Shown here in pieces: positions 34,686-47,400 of a DNA stretch of 64,000 nucleotides. This DNA is from Amphiscolops sp. MND2022 (taxonomy: Eukaryota), in contig OZ076409.1 in the NCBI GenBank assembly GCA_964187785.1, forward strand, positions 28,770,001 through 28,834,000, given 5' to 3'. How positions within the stretch are numbered: the stretch's first letter is position 1; every line of letters begins with the position of its first letter. A program made the position numbers and the translations under genes. The notes under the pieces were generated by a model. It was not told where the DNA came from and did no database searches. It worked only from the letters and a program-made list of their open reading frames with translations.

Positions 34686-37600
34686 CTAAACCTCAGGGCT
34701 AGCTGCGCGCTCTCCAGCAGCTGTAAATCCGATCGCATCGTACAACGACTGACGGTATTCTTCATCCGCGACTACTCCTACATCATCCCACAGCATCTCT
34801 TCTGTCAAATCGGCTAAAGCTGTGAAATGACTCCGTAACCTCCTCCAGTAACGGCCCACTCACAGTTTCGAACTGTCTGATGGAATGCGTCCTCAAATAA
34901 CTTAGAATACTTGAGCAAACACTTGTCGTGACATCACTGCTCAACCCTCCCACGCTGACGCAACTGATACCTGCTGGGAATACAGGTGTCTCACCCAGAC
35001 ACATCAAGAAACGGAAGAAGCGTTGACACGATGAACTCTCACATGCCCGCAAAATGTCCACTGCTGAACTTGCACTGTCTACGGACATATCAACTGCATT
35101 CTGCCTGAAGTTGGTCACGAATGAGACGAAGCTCCCATCCATCCGTCTCTTCTCAGCGAGTCCTATCCTCCCCAGATCCAGGAGCAATCCAGTAAATTGT
35201 TCAGCTTCATTTCGTAACACGTCAATTTCACCACGCAACAAAAGAGCAGGGCAACCCACACTCAAATGATATGTCACTTCTTCTTTCATTCCGGGAGCAG
35301 CTAGAATGTCTTCAACCACTACAAACATGAAGCTTTGCACCATCGCCAAGTGTTCATCAATTACGGCAGCTTCTGCAACTTGCCCTAAGTAGGGACCAAA
35401 TTCATCCCTCATGATTCGCAACTTGGCATGTGACACAGTCAAATTGTCCACGTCCACTTCCAAGCAAGCCCGCACCTCGGTCACACTAGGCAGGTCATCG
35501 TCGTCTATCAGCTTGACTAAGATTGCGTGCACAAAACACGCACTCTCGTACGCCCAATGGAAACTCCTCGATGGACAACTGCTGAAGCTCCAGCGATACG
35601 AATCGACGACTGAAAACAACAAAATTTAATGCAAAAAAAACATAGTCAAGTCACACGCTCTTTACTCGATTCCCGAACCAAATATCTTTTATTAAATTAA
35701 GACACTGTAAATAACGAAACGATATGCACCAAGAAAACAAAAAAACATACATACGTGCACGAAAGACACTAGCTAAGGCCTGCAGACGGAAAGGGATAGC
35801 ACGATCCCCACACAGCACAAAGTCCAAAGACTCAATGATGCCGGATCCACTAGGCACTCTCAACAGATTCGAGACCTCTGCCCAATTCTCAGACAACTCA
35901 GCCAACACGTCCGGTACGTCCCAGAGGGTTACCTCTCCGTCTAACACGGACTAAAACAAACAAGAATTTATAAAAATAAAAAAATTCCTAAATTACACAC
36001 GATACAACCACGAAAAGCATCACCCCCAAAAAATCGACAAATCAACAGCAGTGAAAAATAATCGAGAAAATAGGAAATAGTTACCTGCAAGAGCTTTGGA
36101 CGAGCTAAAAAGATTGGGTCCTGTACGAATTCTTTTAGCCTTGATTGCAAATGGTTCAATATCGTATGTACATCTGTCCCGCCCATCACACGAATGCTCG
36201 CATCCACCAGACGCTTGTTTAGCTCGGTAAGTTTTAACGACACAAGTGAGACTGTCCTTGGTCCAGAGCGGCTGACCAACACTCTTTCCAGCCCAGACAA
36301 CAGTCGACAATTGAGGCCAACAGGTGCCAATTGCCCCACAGCGCAACACAACATATTGACAGCCCACGAGACCACTCGCTGCTCCCACTCTTGTCCATAA
36401 GCAAATGAAAAGACCACAAAGTTCGCAGGCCCTTCCGAGGTACATACATTCAGCGTGCCCACCACTCTGTCAGCCACTAATGTGACACCGAAACTACTGT
36501 ATTCTGTTTCGGACCATGAACCAATTACTCGTCTCATCACAAACGGCCAGAGTCCAAGTAGAACAACGCTCAATCATCGTTTTAATTTCTCATATAGTTA
36601 CCTACTCACCACTCGATTAACACACACCCCAACCTTGTAGTTTTTAACAAAAAATAAAAATTTTCATACAAATACCCCAAAATTATCGGAAGTTTCACAT
36701 GTAACATACAAATAACAATACATGCAACATGTAATTATTTCATGCATCCGGAAAAGATTCATAATAACCAGAACGTCGGATTCTCGACAAGTCGCGCCAA
36801 ACATGATAGCATGCTGCGAATTGGAGGCAACCATCAGGTCCCAAAGATGTCGCACACTTGCAAAATTACAGTCCCGATAGATCGCATCAATCACTAGACA
36901 CACGAACAATCGAAAACTGTCAGTGTGGTCGTCATCCTCTGCGACTCGCCTTGTGCCCCACACTGAACCATCACTCGCCTCGATCTGCAGTGCCTCCAGA
37001 ACAGTCACATCTGGACACGTCTCAATCAACGGCACTGACTCACCACTTAGTGCGGCACCACACACGTCTGCCTCGGCTTGGGACATCAGTGTCCCATCTC
37101 GTCTGCGCAGCGGTAGGCCCCGTCGCAATCGCGTCAGACAGTCCAGCCGGTGGTGTCTGACTCCCCGGCAGTGTTCAAAGAAGGTTGTTATCCCGCGGCT
37201 ACCGATCTTGACATCTTGCCTGCAGAGTAGACATCTCGCGTACGAATCGCGCGTAAGGTGATCCTTCGGGAAGCCGAGCGCCAATCCACAATAAGCATGG
37301 TTAAACCACGCTGACTTGAGAATTTTCCTTCCCGATATCAAAAGAACAACGAAAAATGTTAACCCCATCCTCTACACATCCTAGAATACCGAAAAATAGA
37401 AAATCAACTGAACATTTCAAAAAAAAACAAACAACTCACCCGGAGTGATGAAAACATGATGTAAAATAATATTTTCATTGGAAATATAAGCGAAAAACGA
37501 AGAAAAAACGAAAAGATGAAAAAGAGATGTGTTTACAAGCCACCAGGACAGAAAATTGAAACTTTAAAAGACGAAAGCCTCGAACGATGAAAAAGAGATG

Positions 37601-39425
37601 TATAGAACAACGTTGAACCAAAATTGAGATATTTTAGAGCGAAAATGACTTAACGATGAAAAAGAGATGTAAACTGAAAAGAAAACGACAAAAATGGCTA
37701 AAGACCGAGCAAGAAAATTTTAAGGATGTAAAAGAGATGGAAACTCCTAAAAAAATGATCAGAAAAGAAAACGCTATACTCAAGACTTTTAAGGATGAGA
37801 AAGTGATGGGAAATGAAAAACTGCAGAAAATCATATGAAAAACAGAAAACGATGGAAAATAGATGGAAAAGAAGAAAGACGTGAAAACACTGGTGAAAGT
37901 GGAAGTGAAAAGAAATGAATAAAAGTTACCGATCAAATACTTCACAGAGTTAAAGATGTTTAAGTAACCTGGCAAGCGAGACGCAATGGGCTCGTCGTCG
38001 GAATCCACGAGGCTGGGTCCCATGGGAGATGTCTCAGAAGACACAGGAACCAGACCAGGAACAGCACCTTCTGGAGCAGGCTCTGCAGACAGAGGATCAC
38101 CAGCAGGGACATTCTCGACTGCCTCTAGTAGGGTACCAGTGCTGTCGGCTGACGGCACGTCAGACTGCTCGACGTCAGCCTCCAAAGTTCCAGAGACGCT
38201 AGCAGCTGGCGAAGAAGGAGCAACCGGAAGGGTGTCCACGGGAGGATCATATTCTGTGGATGTCTCGCCAGTTTCCACAACGGCCTGAACAGACTGATCA
38301 GCAACAGCCACGCAGGCATCTACCGCCACATCCACAGGAGTGACGACGGCACTGACTCCTGTCTCTACGGTGATACGAACAAGAGGAGGAGGACTTTGAG
38401 TTGTTGATTCACGGTCCAGAAATCGCTGAAAGCTTGGCGAGAGCACAGACACTGGGGCACGTGCCACAGGGGAGCTGATCGCGCCCAGAGACAAGTTCTG
38501 GAGGAACGAGGACATCTCCAGGGAAGAAGGCCCTCCTTGGGTAGCAGCGTCAATCTGTGTTGCACCAAAGTCGCTCGTTCCTATACCCACGGAGTACGTA
38601 ATAGGGCGAGGCCTTGGGGCATGGATAGGAGTCGGGCCTGAAAGAAGAAAACAGAAATCAGACGACGACAGATGATGAAGAGAGTGCGCGTACGCCGCGC
38701 GAAGAAAGAAAACAGGAAACGAAGTCACCAAAAATTTCACCCTCAAAATGGAATTCGGAAAACGGATTAGCCACGAAAGGACGGTGAATGTCCATGACGC
38801 ATCCCAAATTCATCTTAAAAAATGAATTTTATAGGTAATCGACCGTGAAGGGCACTACATGCAGATGAGATGTTTACATCGGAATTACATCGGAGTGTCC
38901 GGACGGTACCTTAGTACAGACGGAAAATGTGAAAAGGAGTCAACTCACTGTACTGCTGGATGCTATCTCGTAGCATGTCCCGCATGTGACGATCATACCA
39001 CTCGAAGGTGATGCTACCCAGGGAGGCATGCCAAGGATAGTGATCTAAACATCAAACGGAAAGAGTCAACGTCTGAAGGGACCAGAGATGAGAAATGAAG
39101 AGATTGTGGACTGAATTGAAGATCTGGAGGGACAGAACTTACACTGCGGAAGATACGGGACATTGGGAGCCTGACCAAACGGTTGGTCAGGTTGAAGTTC
39201 AGGAGCTGCTGCTTGAGCTTCGGGAGCCTCTTGGGGCGGCACGTTCTGCAAAGTGGTCAGCTCAGAGACTACACCGACAGATTGAACTGAGTCCGCTAAA
39301 AGGCCAAGACGCGTTTTCAACACCTAATTGTTCCCCGACCCGTTTGTGAAAGAAAAGAAAATGGTGCACTTACTTTCTGTAGCTTCGGTCTCTGGAAGAG
39401 AATGAACGAAATGGATGTCAGACAT
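34686..39425 (-). pseudogene. Antisense multi-exon accessory gene (~1000 aa) with a Pro/Ser-rich region and a BED-like zinc finger; a few disabling mutations in this copy
   Basis: GC-rich minus-strand coding blocks bounded by GT/AG sites with matching phases: ~39323-39143, 39072-38949, 38637-37969, 37331-36769, ~36570-36085, 35950-35755 and 35609-34686. Finger CLLCRQDVKIGSRGITTFFEHCRGVRH. The start exon and the 36769-36570 junction are uncertain. Confidence 0.72.
37447..37865 (+). repeat. GATG-N7-GATG array inside the predicted intron of the antisense gene
   Basis: Seven motifs at 37447, 37515, 37586, 37655, 37725, 37794 and 37851 (~70 bp spacing). Confidence 0.9.
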
Positions 39426-39926
39426 CACTGTAATTTGCAAAGCAATCTGAAAAGGAACGGAAGAGAGTGAGGAAGGAACGAAATCGAAGAATCTGGTGAC
39501 AAGAATTTGGTCAGTAATTAAATGGCCTGATCAACCATGATTGCGGGATACAAATTCGCGGAAAAATCTCAAAGAGCGCGGATGCAGCTTGAGTGCCAGG
39601 ACAGACCAAATACTTGAAATTCAGAACATGGAAAATCGATGAAAAACTCTCCGATTTCAATGACTGCCTACACTTTTCTTCCTAAATCAACCAACTTAAC
39701 AGTTTTCTCTGAAAATGGATCACCCCCCAGAATTTGACTACAAAAGCTTCAAGTATTTGATTTTGATGACAGCTGCCAGTCTCAGATCAATACCGACGAA
39801 GTTGAGCGGAAACGCGCAGAGGGAATCGTGGCGATTTTCAAACCGACTTGACGGAAGATGATTCAAGGATGAGAATATTTGTTGACAACCGGTTGGATTT
39901 CTTTCAGTTCAGAAAATTCAGTTTTC

Positions 39927-40047
39927 AACCAATCAGAATTAGCAGTGATTGCTATGGCAACAGGCCATCTCTTTCTCATCGCTGAGAGTTCAGACAGCGG
40001 AAGTAGCTTCAACAGTTACTATGGCAACGACTCATCTCTTTCTCATC
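39927..40047. promoter_or_regulatory. Candidate promoter of the antisense gene: two RFX X-box matches and a CCAAT box
   Basis: ATTGCTATGGCAAC 39948-39961 and GTTACTATGGCAAC 40015-40028, each followed by CATC-N7-CATC; AACCAATCAG near 39927. Confidence 0.5.
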
Positions 40048-40558
40048 ACGGAAGCTGATAGCAAAGCAACGGCGCCAGTCGTCTGCTAAATCAACATCGA
40101 TGCCTCGCTGTGTAAACAATTCATCGTTCATTCATCCCCGACTCGCTGCCAATTTGTCAATGAAGCTAGTCGAATTGTTTATTCAGTGTAGGCGTTTTGG
40201 AGGGAATCTTTTCTCCGAGAAATCAGCTTCTACCGAAAATAACCAGCCGAAACTCCCATCAAAAGCATGACAGCCAATAAAATGCAGATCAGCGGACATT
40301 CGATAGACCAAGAACTAGAGTTGCCGCGTCGATAAAATTTAACCGAAATCACCCAGAATGAAACCAGATATGACGATTGCCGAAAGTCCTCTTCTCAAAG
40401 AAGATTTGCATAGGACGGAACAAACGAAGGACATGCCAATTCAGAACTAACGAAGGCCATTTTCTCCCCAACCAAACGAAGGTAGCAGTCGAAGCCAACG
40501 CCGAGACAACCATTCTCTGCACATTTGGCCCCTGCACTCTCAATCCAAATCCCGCCCC

Positions 40559-40564
40559 GGGGAG
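40559..40564 (+). other. Short polypurine tract GGGGAG before the 3' LTR
   Basis: Directly precedes TGTCATG at 40565. Confidence 0.65.
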
Positions 40565-42753
40565 TGTCATGCCAGCATGATGGAAATGTAATCTACTAAA
40601 TATCTGTAATGTAAATATTATGTCTTATGTACTTAGATATGGGCAATATGATGTCATATAATAAGGGCCATGGTTGTGAGCAACCCTACGTTACTTGTAC
40701 TTTAATCCCTTCCCCTTTTTGAGTGTGAGTTATATATATTTACTTAATACTGAGCGCTCTAGTTCCGGTGTCCGCATAAATGATCTTGCCAGAATCTGGC
40801 CTTGAAAGTGCTATATTTCATAAATATTGGTTTGTCACGATAAGGGAGAGAAGTTTTCCGGTCAGACTGGACCGAAGAATATTGGAAGTAATGGAAAGTA
40901 TAACTTCTACTAACTCCCCGCCTCAGAGTATGTAGTTGTGACAAATTCCATTAAATTCATCACAAATTCATCGTCGAAGTCGATGACGATTTTGACCTGA
41001 TCAGAAATTTCACTTGGATCCATCCAGCGGATTCAACGGTGCTTTTAACCAAAGTTCATCGCAATCCCATCCTTAAAGTTTGTGAATGAACAAAACATGG
41101 GACTTTAAACTGACTTTCATCATGAATCCATCAGCGGATTTTATGGGACTTATTCTAGTAAAACTCATCTTTAATTCATCGTGATTATTTCGTTTAGTAA
41201 TTCCTGAATGTGCTTCTCATTTCTAAAGAACAGTAGTTCATCCTTTATTCATCGCGTTCACTAGTACAGAAGGGAAATGAGAAAGTACATCCTTAATTCA
41301 TCCTAAAAAAGAGTGAAAGTGCTGGTTATCTGATTTGTTTAGTAAACCCATCCTTAATTCATCTTGATTTCGTTTGTGCTGAAAATTAACCATTTTAGTG
41401 GGTGAGTTCATCCTAAACTCATCGCTAAATCGAATTGCTTTGGTATTCGGTGTTTTAATTGACAAGTTCATCCTAAACTCATCGCTAAAATTCTCCTGTA
41501 CTAGAATTAGCGTTTATCGACTGAATTCATCCCGAATTCATCGTAATTTGAATCTGTGCTGGAAATTGGCAAATTATGCATGGAGTTCATCCTTTTATCA
41601 TCGTCAGTTTGAATTGTGTTGATTTCCGAACGAGAAAGACTACCATTCATCGCATTTTCATCCAGAGCAAAACTAGACTTGGAAATCAGCAAATATTCTT
41701 ACAAGTTCATCGCATTTCCATCTTCAAGTTTTAAACCATTGATTTTGGCGCTAGAATCAGCGGAAAAACATCGTTTTCCCATCCCAAAGTGTGCTTTACC
41801 TTAAATTTGATTGAAATTAGTGCGTTATTGAATGATTTGAGTCCATTTTAGTTGCTAAAGAAACCATGATGTTATGTGCAGGCAATTGCGACATTGTAAA
41901 TTGATGACTAAACACCATTAACACATGTAGATGTACCATGGTGCGTAGCCACTTTGCGGCAGTTCACAACACTGGTCACGTGACTTACCATTTTAGCACC
42001 AGCTGGTAACAGCCAATGAGAGAAGGTTGGTAAGAGATTTAGCGTCTTACCAACCGAAAAGACACGTGAACTGCTGTAATTTGGGCCGCCATTAAATGTT
42101 ACTCAGCCCGAATTGCGACAAGCTACCGACCAGTTGGATATTTTAACACGCGAAAGTCAGAAAATACATCTCTATTTCATCGTCAGAAATTGAAGAATTT
42201 GAACTGAGTAATTTCCTTGGTACATCTACTACTGTGATGAAAATTGGATGAACTCCTCCTGAATAACTTGCTAGTTCCCTTCTCCTTATCTAACTGCTTA
42301 CTTATTTGTACGACTTCTTTCTAAAACATCTCAGTTTCAGATTAGTGAATTTGAGATTGAATATTCAGTTAAATCAGCAAAATACATTGAAACAACATCT
42401 CAGATAATTCAGTCTTCACTCATAATTCTTTTCTCTCGAATACATGAACCCAGACCAAGGTACCGAACTTAGAAGCGGTAGAGTCATACATTCCTCGTCA
42501 GGAACATCTTCGCCAATAGATCCAGACATGGCTCAGTCATCCGCCAATGACTCTGACAACAACGAAACTTCAGATATCTCGTCCCAGTTGTCTGAAATAA
42601 GAGAGAACTATGAGAAGAAGATAAATGAGTTACAAAGCGAATTTAGTCAACTGAAGAACTTATTAATGGCAGTTATTAGTAAAAATGACGAAAATAACTT
42701 ACCTTCGGCATCGCAAAGTTCTTCAAAGCCGACCCACAGAGTCGGGTTCGACA
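40565..42753 (+). repeat. 3' LTR (2189 bp), retaining the open gag N-terminus from ATG 42444
   Basis: Direct repeat of 23618-25806, followed by the TSD CTAAT. Confidence 0.96.
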
Positions 42754-42960
42754 CTAATTTAGAAAATATGTCGCATACTCAAAGAAAAACATTCTCATGA
42801 ATCGCATTCGGTATCTTTCACTACAAGCTGCCGCTAGACTGCTTGGATGCAGCACGGCTTGTAAAAATATTACGCATACGCACCGGTTCGAACGCGAAAC
42901 GTCTGAGCTGTAAAGCAAGAATCTTACCACTAGACCATGTAAGCCTGAACTGGAGATACA

Positions 42961-43507
42961 GGCACCACGACAATTCGTACACACGATATTTCGTACAATA
43001 GCCAAGAACCCGACATTTCGTACACGGACAATTGGTACAAAAATGAAACCGGACATTTCGTACAAAAGACATTTCGTACAAAATTAAATTGAACAGATTT
43101 GCAGAATAGGTCTCAAACAACAGAATTACTAGCTTTTAGTGCTGTTACAGCCAAAATGTATGAAACTTGATTCAATTAAAGAGGCTAGCATATATGTTGT
43201 ATGGCTCGGTCACTTCGCTCCCTTCGCCAATTAGCAACATTGAGGCATGGCCAAATGGCACGTCGCTCCACTTCGCTTCGCTCCTGCATTTAGGGCACTA
43301 GGGGTATGTGAACATAGCTGACTACGTTATAATAATAAGTTGTATAATATAAATTGCACGAAATGTCGGGTTTCATTTTTGTACGAAATGTCTGGTTTCA
43401 TTTTTGTACGAAATGTCTGGTTTTGCTTTTGTACGAAATGTCTGGTTTTGGTTTTTGTACGAGATATCGTGTGTACGATATGTCGTGTGTACGAACTGTC
43501 GTGCCCC
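42961..43507. mobile_element. Mutator-like MITE with TTTCGTACA tandem subterminal repeats
   Basis: Inverted arms CACGACAATTCGTACACACG / CGTGTGTACGAACTGTCGTG; flanks TGGAGATACA and TGGAAATACA (~10-bp TSD, one mismatch). Confidence 0.72.
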
Positions 43508-43515
43508 TGGAAATA

Positions 43516-44279
43516 CAGTAGCGTTCTAAAATATCGAAACCTCATTGCTTAAAAGGGCCAAATTCAAAACCAAATATCTCGTAAACTGTCTCGATTACAA
43601 AAATTTGCCATCTACAAAAGTTTCTTAGAATTTTATCTAGTTTACAAAAATGTTTGTTTGAGAATTCTGCGACAAAAATTGCAAAAGTTAGAAATTGTAA
43701 ATTTCGACGATATTTTATCAAATTTGCACTTTTTCCCGATTTTCACAAAGTTGAGAAAATGTTTTTGAAATATTTTCAGTCGATCATATGCCCCCAAATC
43801 TCCTGAGGATGTCGGTACAATTTGATTGAACTATTTTATTCGATGTCCAATAAAAATCATCAAATTTTCTAAATACAATTTTTATAGCCTATCTTAAAAC
43901 ATGTGTTGCAGTGTTCATCGACACAAAATGAAGTACATTTTTTCCGATTTCAAAGTAATTTTCGGTCAGCACAATTCAATGAGTTCAGGAGATTGTAAGG
44001 AATCTCTGAATATCTTTAATTTCCAAAATAAAGTTGAATTTAAGCATCTCAAATATCAAGAAAAAACCCAAAATTCAATTAAATTTCCCCAAAATTGGCT
44101 ATTTCCAACTTTCTTAATATGGGTCGTAAAATTTTCAAACAAACATTTTTGTAAACTAGATAAAAATCCGAGAAACTTTTGGAGCTGGCAACTTTTTGCA
44201 TTCGAGACAGTTTACGAGATATGTGGGTTTGAAGTTTGCCATTTTAATCAATGGAGTTGCGATATTTTGAACGCTACTG
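43516..44279. mobile_element. Tc1/mariner-like MITE
   Basis: TA|CAGTAGCGTTC...GAACGCTACTG|TA, ~155-bp imperfect TIRs, no transposase. Confidence 0.82.
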
Positions 44280-44416
44280 TAGTGAACAAAGTAGAAATCA
44301 GAAGACGCACCCTCAAAATTATTTTTTTCATGCATGCATGAAGGCGGATGATCATTTCCAAAACGATCATTCGACAGAAAAAAAACTTTTTCATTGCTGT
44401 TGTCTGTTATCAATTC

Positions 44417-47400
44417 TGGCGTAGTTCAGTTTTTGATGTTTTGCTCTTTTCTCTGCTGTTCGTTTTCTTTGCGCTTCTTGGTTTATCCAAAGTTACCCAA
44501 GTACTCAAGACGAACGAACCAAAGATCAATGACGACAACCAAGAATAACATTGCTACCGTACCTCGAAGACAATGGACTTGACGGTAAAAAACTGTACAC
44601 CCCTAAAGAATGAACCGAGCGACTACGACACTACATATAACGAAACTACAACATCGATATAAAACCGGCCTTATCCGGGGAAACAACTCATTCAACTATT
44701 CAAAGACTATTACATGCCAAAACGAAACACATACCACAGCCGAGTAAACTTCTTCTGGGCAAAACGAGAAGAAAATGAGACATCGGAAGAACACTGGCGA
44801 AAGTTAGTATCCCTAGAAAGGAAGTGCGAATTCAAAGACATCAAACAAAAAGATCTATTAATGTCAAAATTCATTAACAGCATAACCGACAAGAAATTAC
44901 GGGAAAAAGTCATTCGCGAAAAGACACTAAACCTGAAAACCACAATGGATCTGGTAACCCAAGACAGTTATGAGAGAAGACATAAACAATCAACAATACC
45001 ACCAGCACTTGCGAAAGAAACAGAAATAAAAGAAGAACCAATACAAAAACACAACCGCGAAACAAACAAAACTACCGGGAAAATGCCGAAACAGCAACGA
45101 AGAATAACAACTGTGGATTCTACGGACAACAAAACTGGTCACCATCACAATAATGCCCGGCAAAAACGGTAGAATGTAACAACTGCCACAAAATGGGACA
45201 CTTTGCGAGAGTGTGCCGCAGCAAAACCGACAATACAAGAAAACAAAAACTTAACTACCTCGAAGAAACATACAACGAAGAGGAAGAAAGTGAACCGGGA
45301 GAAATACAACAAATCACGCAAATCAACAGGGTACTACCAGACGAAAATGACAACTATGGGATAAAATTGAAAATCATCGGCAAATACCAGAACTTCACCA
45401 TCGTCACCGGTTCTCCGGTCACAATAATGCCAAAAAACCCATAACTTTACGACCAAAAAGATATCGAGCCGTTAAAAAAAAGACATCAAGACGTAAACAA
45501 AAACGAAGTTAAATTCCTCGGGAAAATATGGGCCGATATCAAATACAATGGGAAAACAACAAATTTACCAATCCTGATCACACAAAGAAGCGACATCACA
45601 CCATTATTAGGTGTGAATTGGCTGAAGCAACTACCAATCACCATCATAATATCCAATTGGACGAATCTATCAACCAATCGAAAGCCATTCACGCGAAATT
45701 TAGCAAATTATTCGAAGCAAACCATACAACCAAAAACATAGAAATGAAATTCCGAATAAATCCAGGATGTTACCCAATCCTACAAAAAGCCACCACGATA
45801 CCGTACCTTTTTCAAAAAGATCTGAAAAACGAACTAGACCGAGTAATAAAATCCGGACATCCCAAACGACTAGAAACCGTCAAAAAAGAATGTTTTGTAT
45901 CACTCGTAGTAATTACGGTGAAATAAGACAAGACAGTGAAAATCGCATTGGATGCCCGAAAACTCAACGACAGCTGTGTGAAGAAAAGACCACACATGCC
46001 AAACATATATGGATTACTGAGCCAAATACCTGCCGAATCATCCAAGAATGACCGTGACCCAATCTGGATTACCGTAGTAGATCTCGACTATGCATACGGA
46101 CAGATGAAACTGGCACTGGAAACCAGTAAACACTGCAATTTCGCGATAACAGGCGAAAAAATTAACGGAAACTTCCGATTCCTAAACGGGTTTTATGGCC
46201 CTGCTGATATACCAACGATTTTCCAACAGAAAATAGACAGAATATTGAGCCATCAAACAAATTATAGTCGTCACACGTGGAACAAAAGAAGAACACACAC
46301 GAAAATGTTTTTCGGTACTTACAGAACTGGAAAACGAAGGATACAGAGCAAGCAAAAAATCAAAGTTTTACCAAAAAAACAATATGGCTTGGACATGCAA
46401 TATCGCAAGACGGAATCAGACCAAACAAAGAAAAAACCGATGTGATAAGTAAGTTAGAACCACCAACGAACACCAAAACACTGAAGTCTTTTCTTGGAGC
46501 CATACAAAATTTTGCAAAATTTATACCAAACCTGTCTGAGAAAACAGACAACATGAAACAACTACTCAAGAAAGGGAAAAAATGGGAATGGACCGACCGA
46601 AATTCAGACTTCAACAAAAAAAAGTAAGAACTAACAACACTACCCTGCCTGGCACACTTCAACGATAATAAGGATAACATCGTCACTACAGATGCGTGCA
46701 AAACCGGTTTAGGAGTAGCACTATGGCAAAGGCAAGGAAGTGGAGAATTTGAACCAATAGCCTTTGCAAGTCGCTACCTAAACAACGCCAAAAAGAAACA
46801 TTCCATCGGAGAATTAGAATTATTAGCCGTTGTTTGGGGTTTAGAAAGAATCCGATTTCACTTATACGGTAAGCAAGTCCAACTCTTTTTGGACCATCAA
46901 GCACTGGAACTACTTCTAAAACGAAACATGATGAACAAACAATACAATGCACGGCTAATACGATGGCTAGACAGCCTGAATCACTTTGACATCTCTTTAA
47001 AACATACTGCCGGCGAAGAAAATAATATTACGGACTTCATTAGCCGAAATCTTACCGAGAATCCAGAACCGGAAAAAAACTACGAAGAGGAATTTGTTAT
47101 CAACGCCATCGCGCAACTAGCAACAGCAAGCGCCCGAATAGGACGGATTTTCGACCAGTGAAACGGCGCGGATACGGCCAATGAACCAAACATGAATGAT
47201 ACGCGCTCGCTAATTGATACGCTAGGCTATCAAACAAACAAGCCATTTTAATAAAAATCACCGCATACAACAGTACTCACTTGAAACCGACCATTCAAAA
47301 AAGAATAACAAAGAAAATAACGCCGTTTCTTCCGAACTGACGGACAGTAGGGCCACCACTGGGCTGCAGATAACGATATTATGGCCATCGTAAACAAAAG

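Larger units (their letters stand above)
23618..42753 (+). mobile_element. Full-length 19.1-kb Ty3/Gypsy LTR retrotransposon with a large accessory region
   Basis: TG...CA LTRs at a constant offset of 16947; 5-bp TSD CTAAT (23613-23617, 42754-42758); PBS and PPT; gag, then PR-RT-RH-IN order. Confidence 0.97.

Noticed and set aside
35651..35704. Alternative acceptor at 35705 for the antisense gene
   Set aside because: It gives an immediate stop in the required phase; the 35610 acceptor keeps the frame.
37634..37968. Hydrophobic, TM-like C-terminus of ORF 37634-38746 suggesting an envelope protein
   Set aside because: It is read-through past a donor site at 37968 into a T-rich intron holding the motif array. 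The gene is antisense and shows no signal peptide or fusion-protein pattern.
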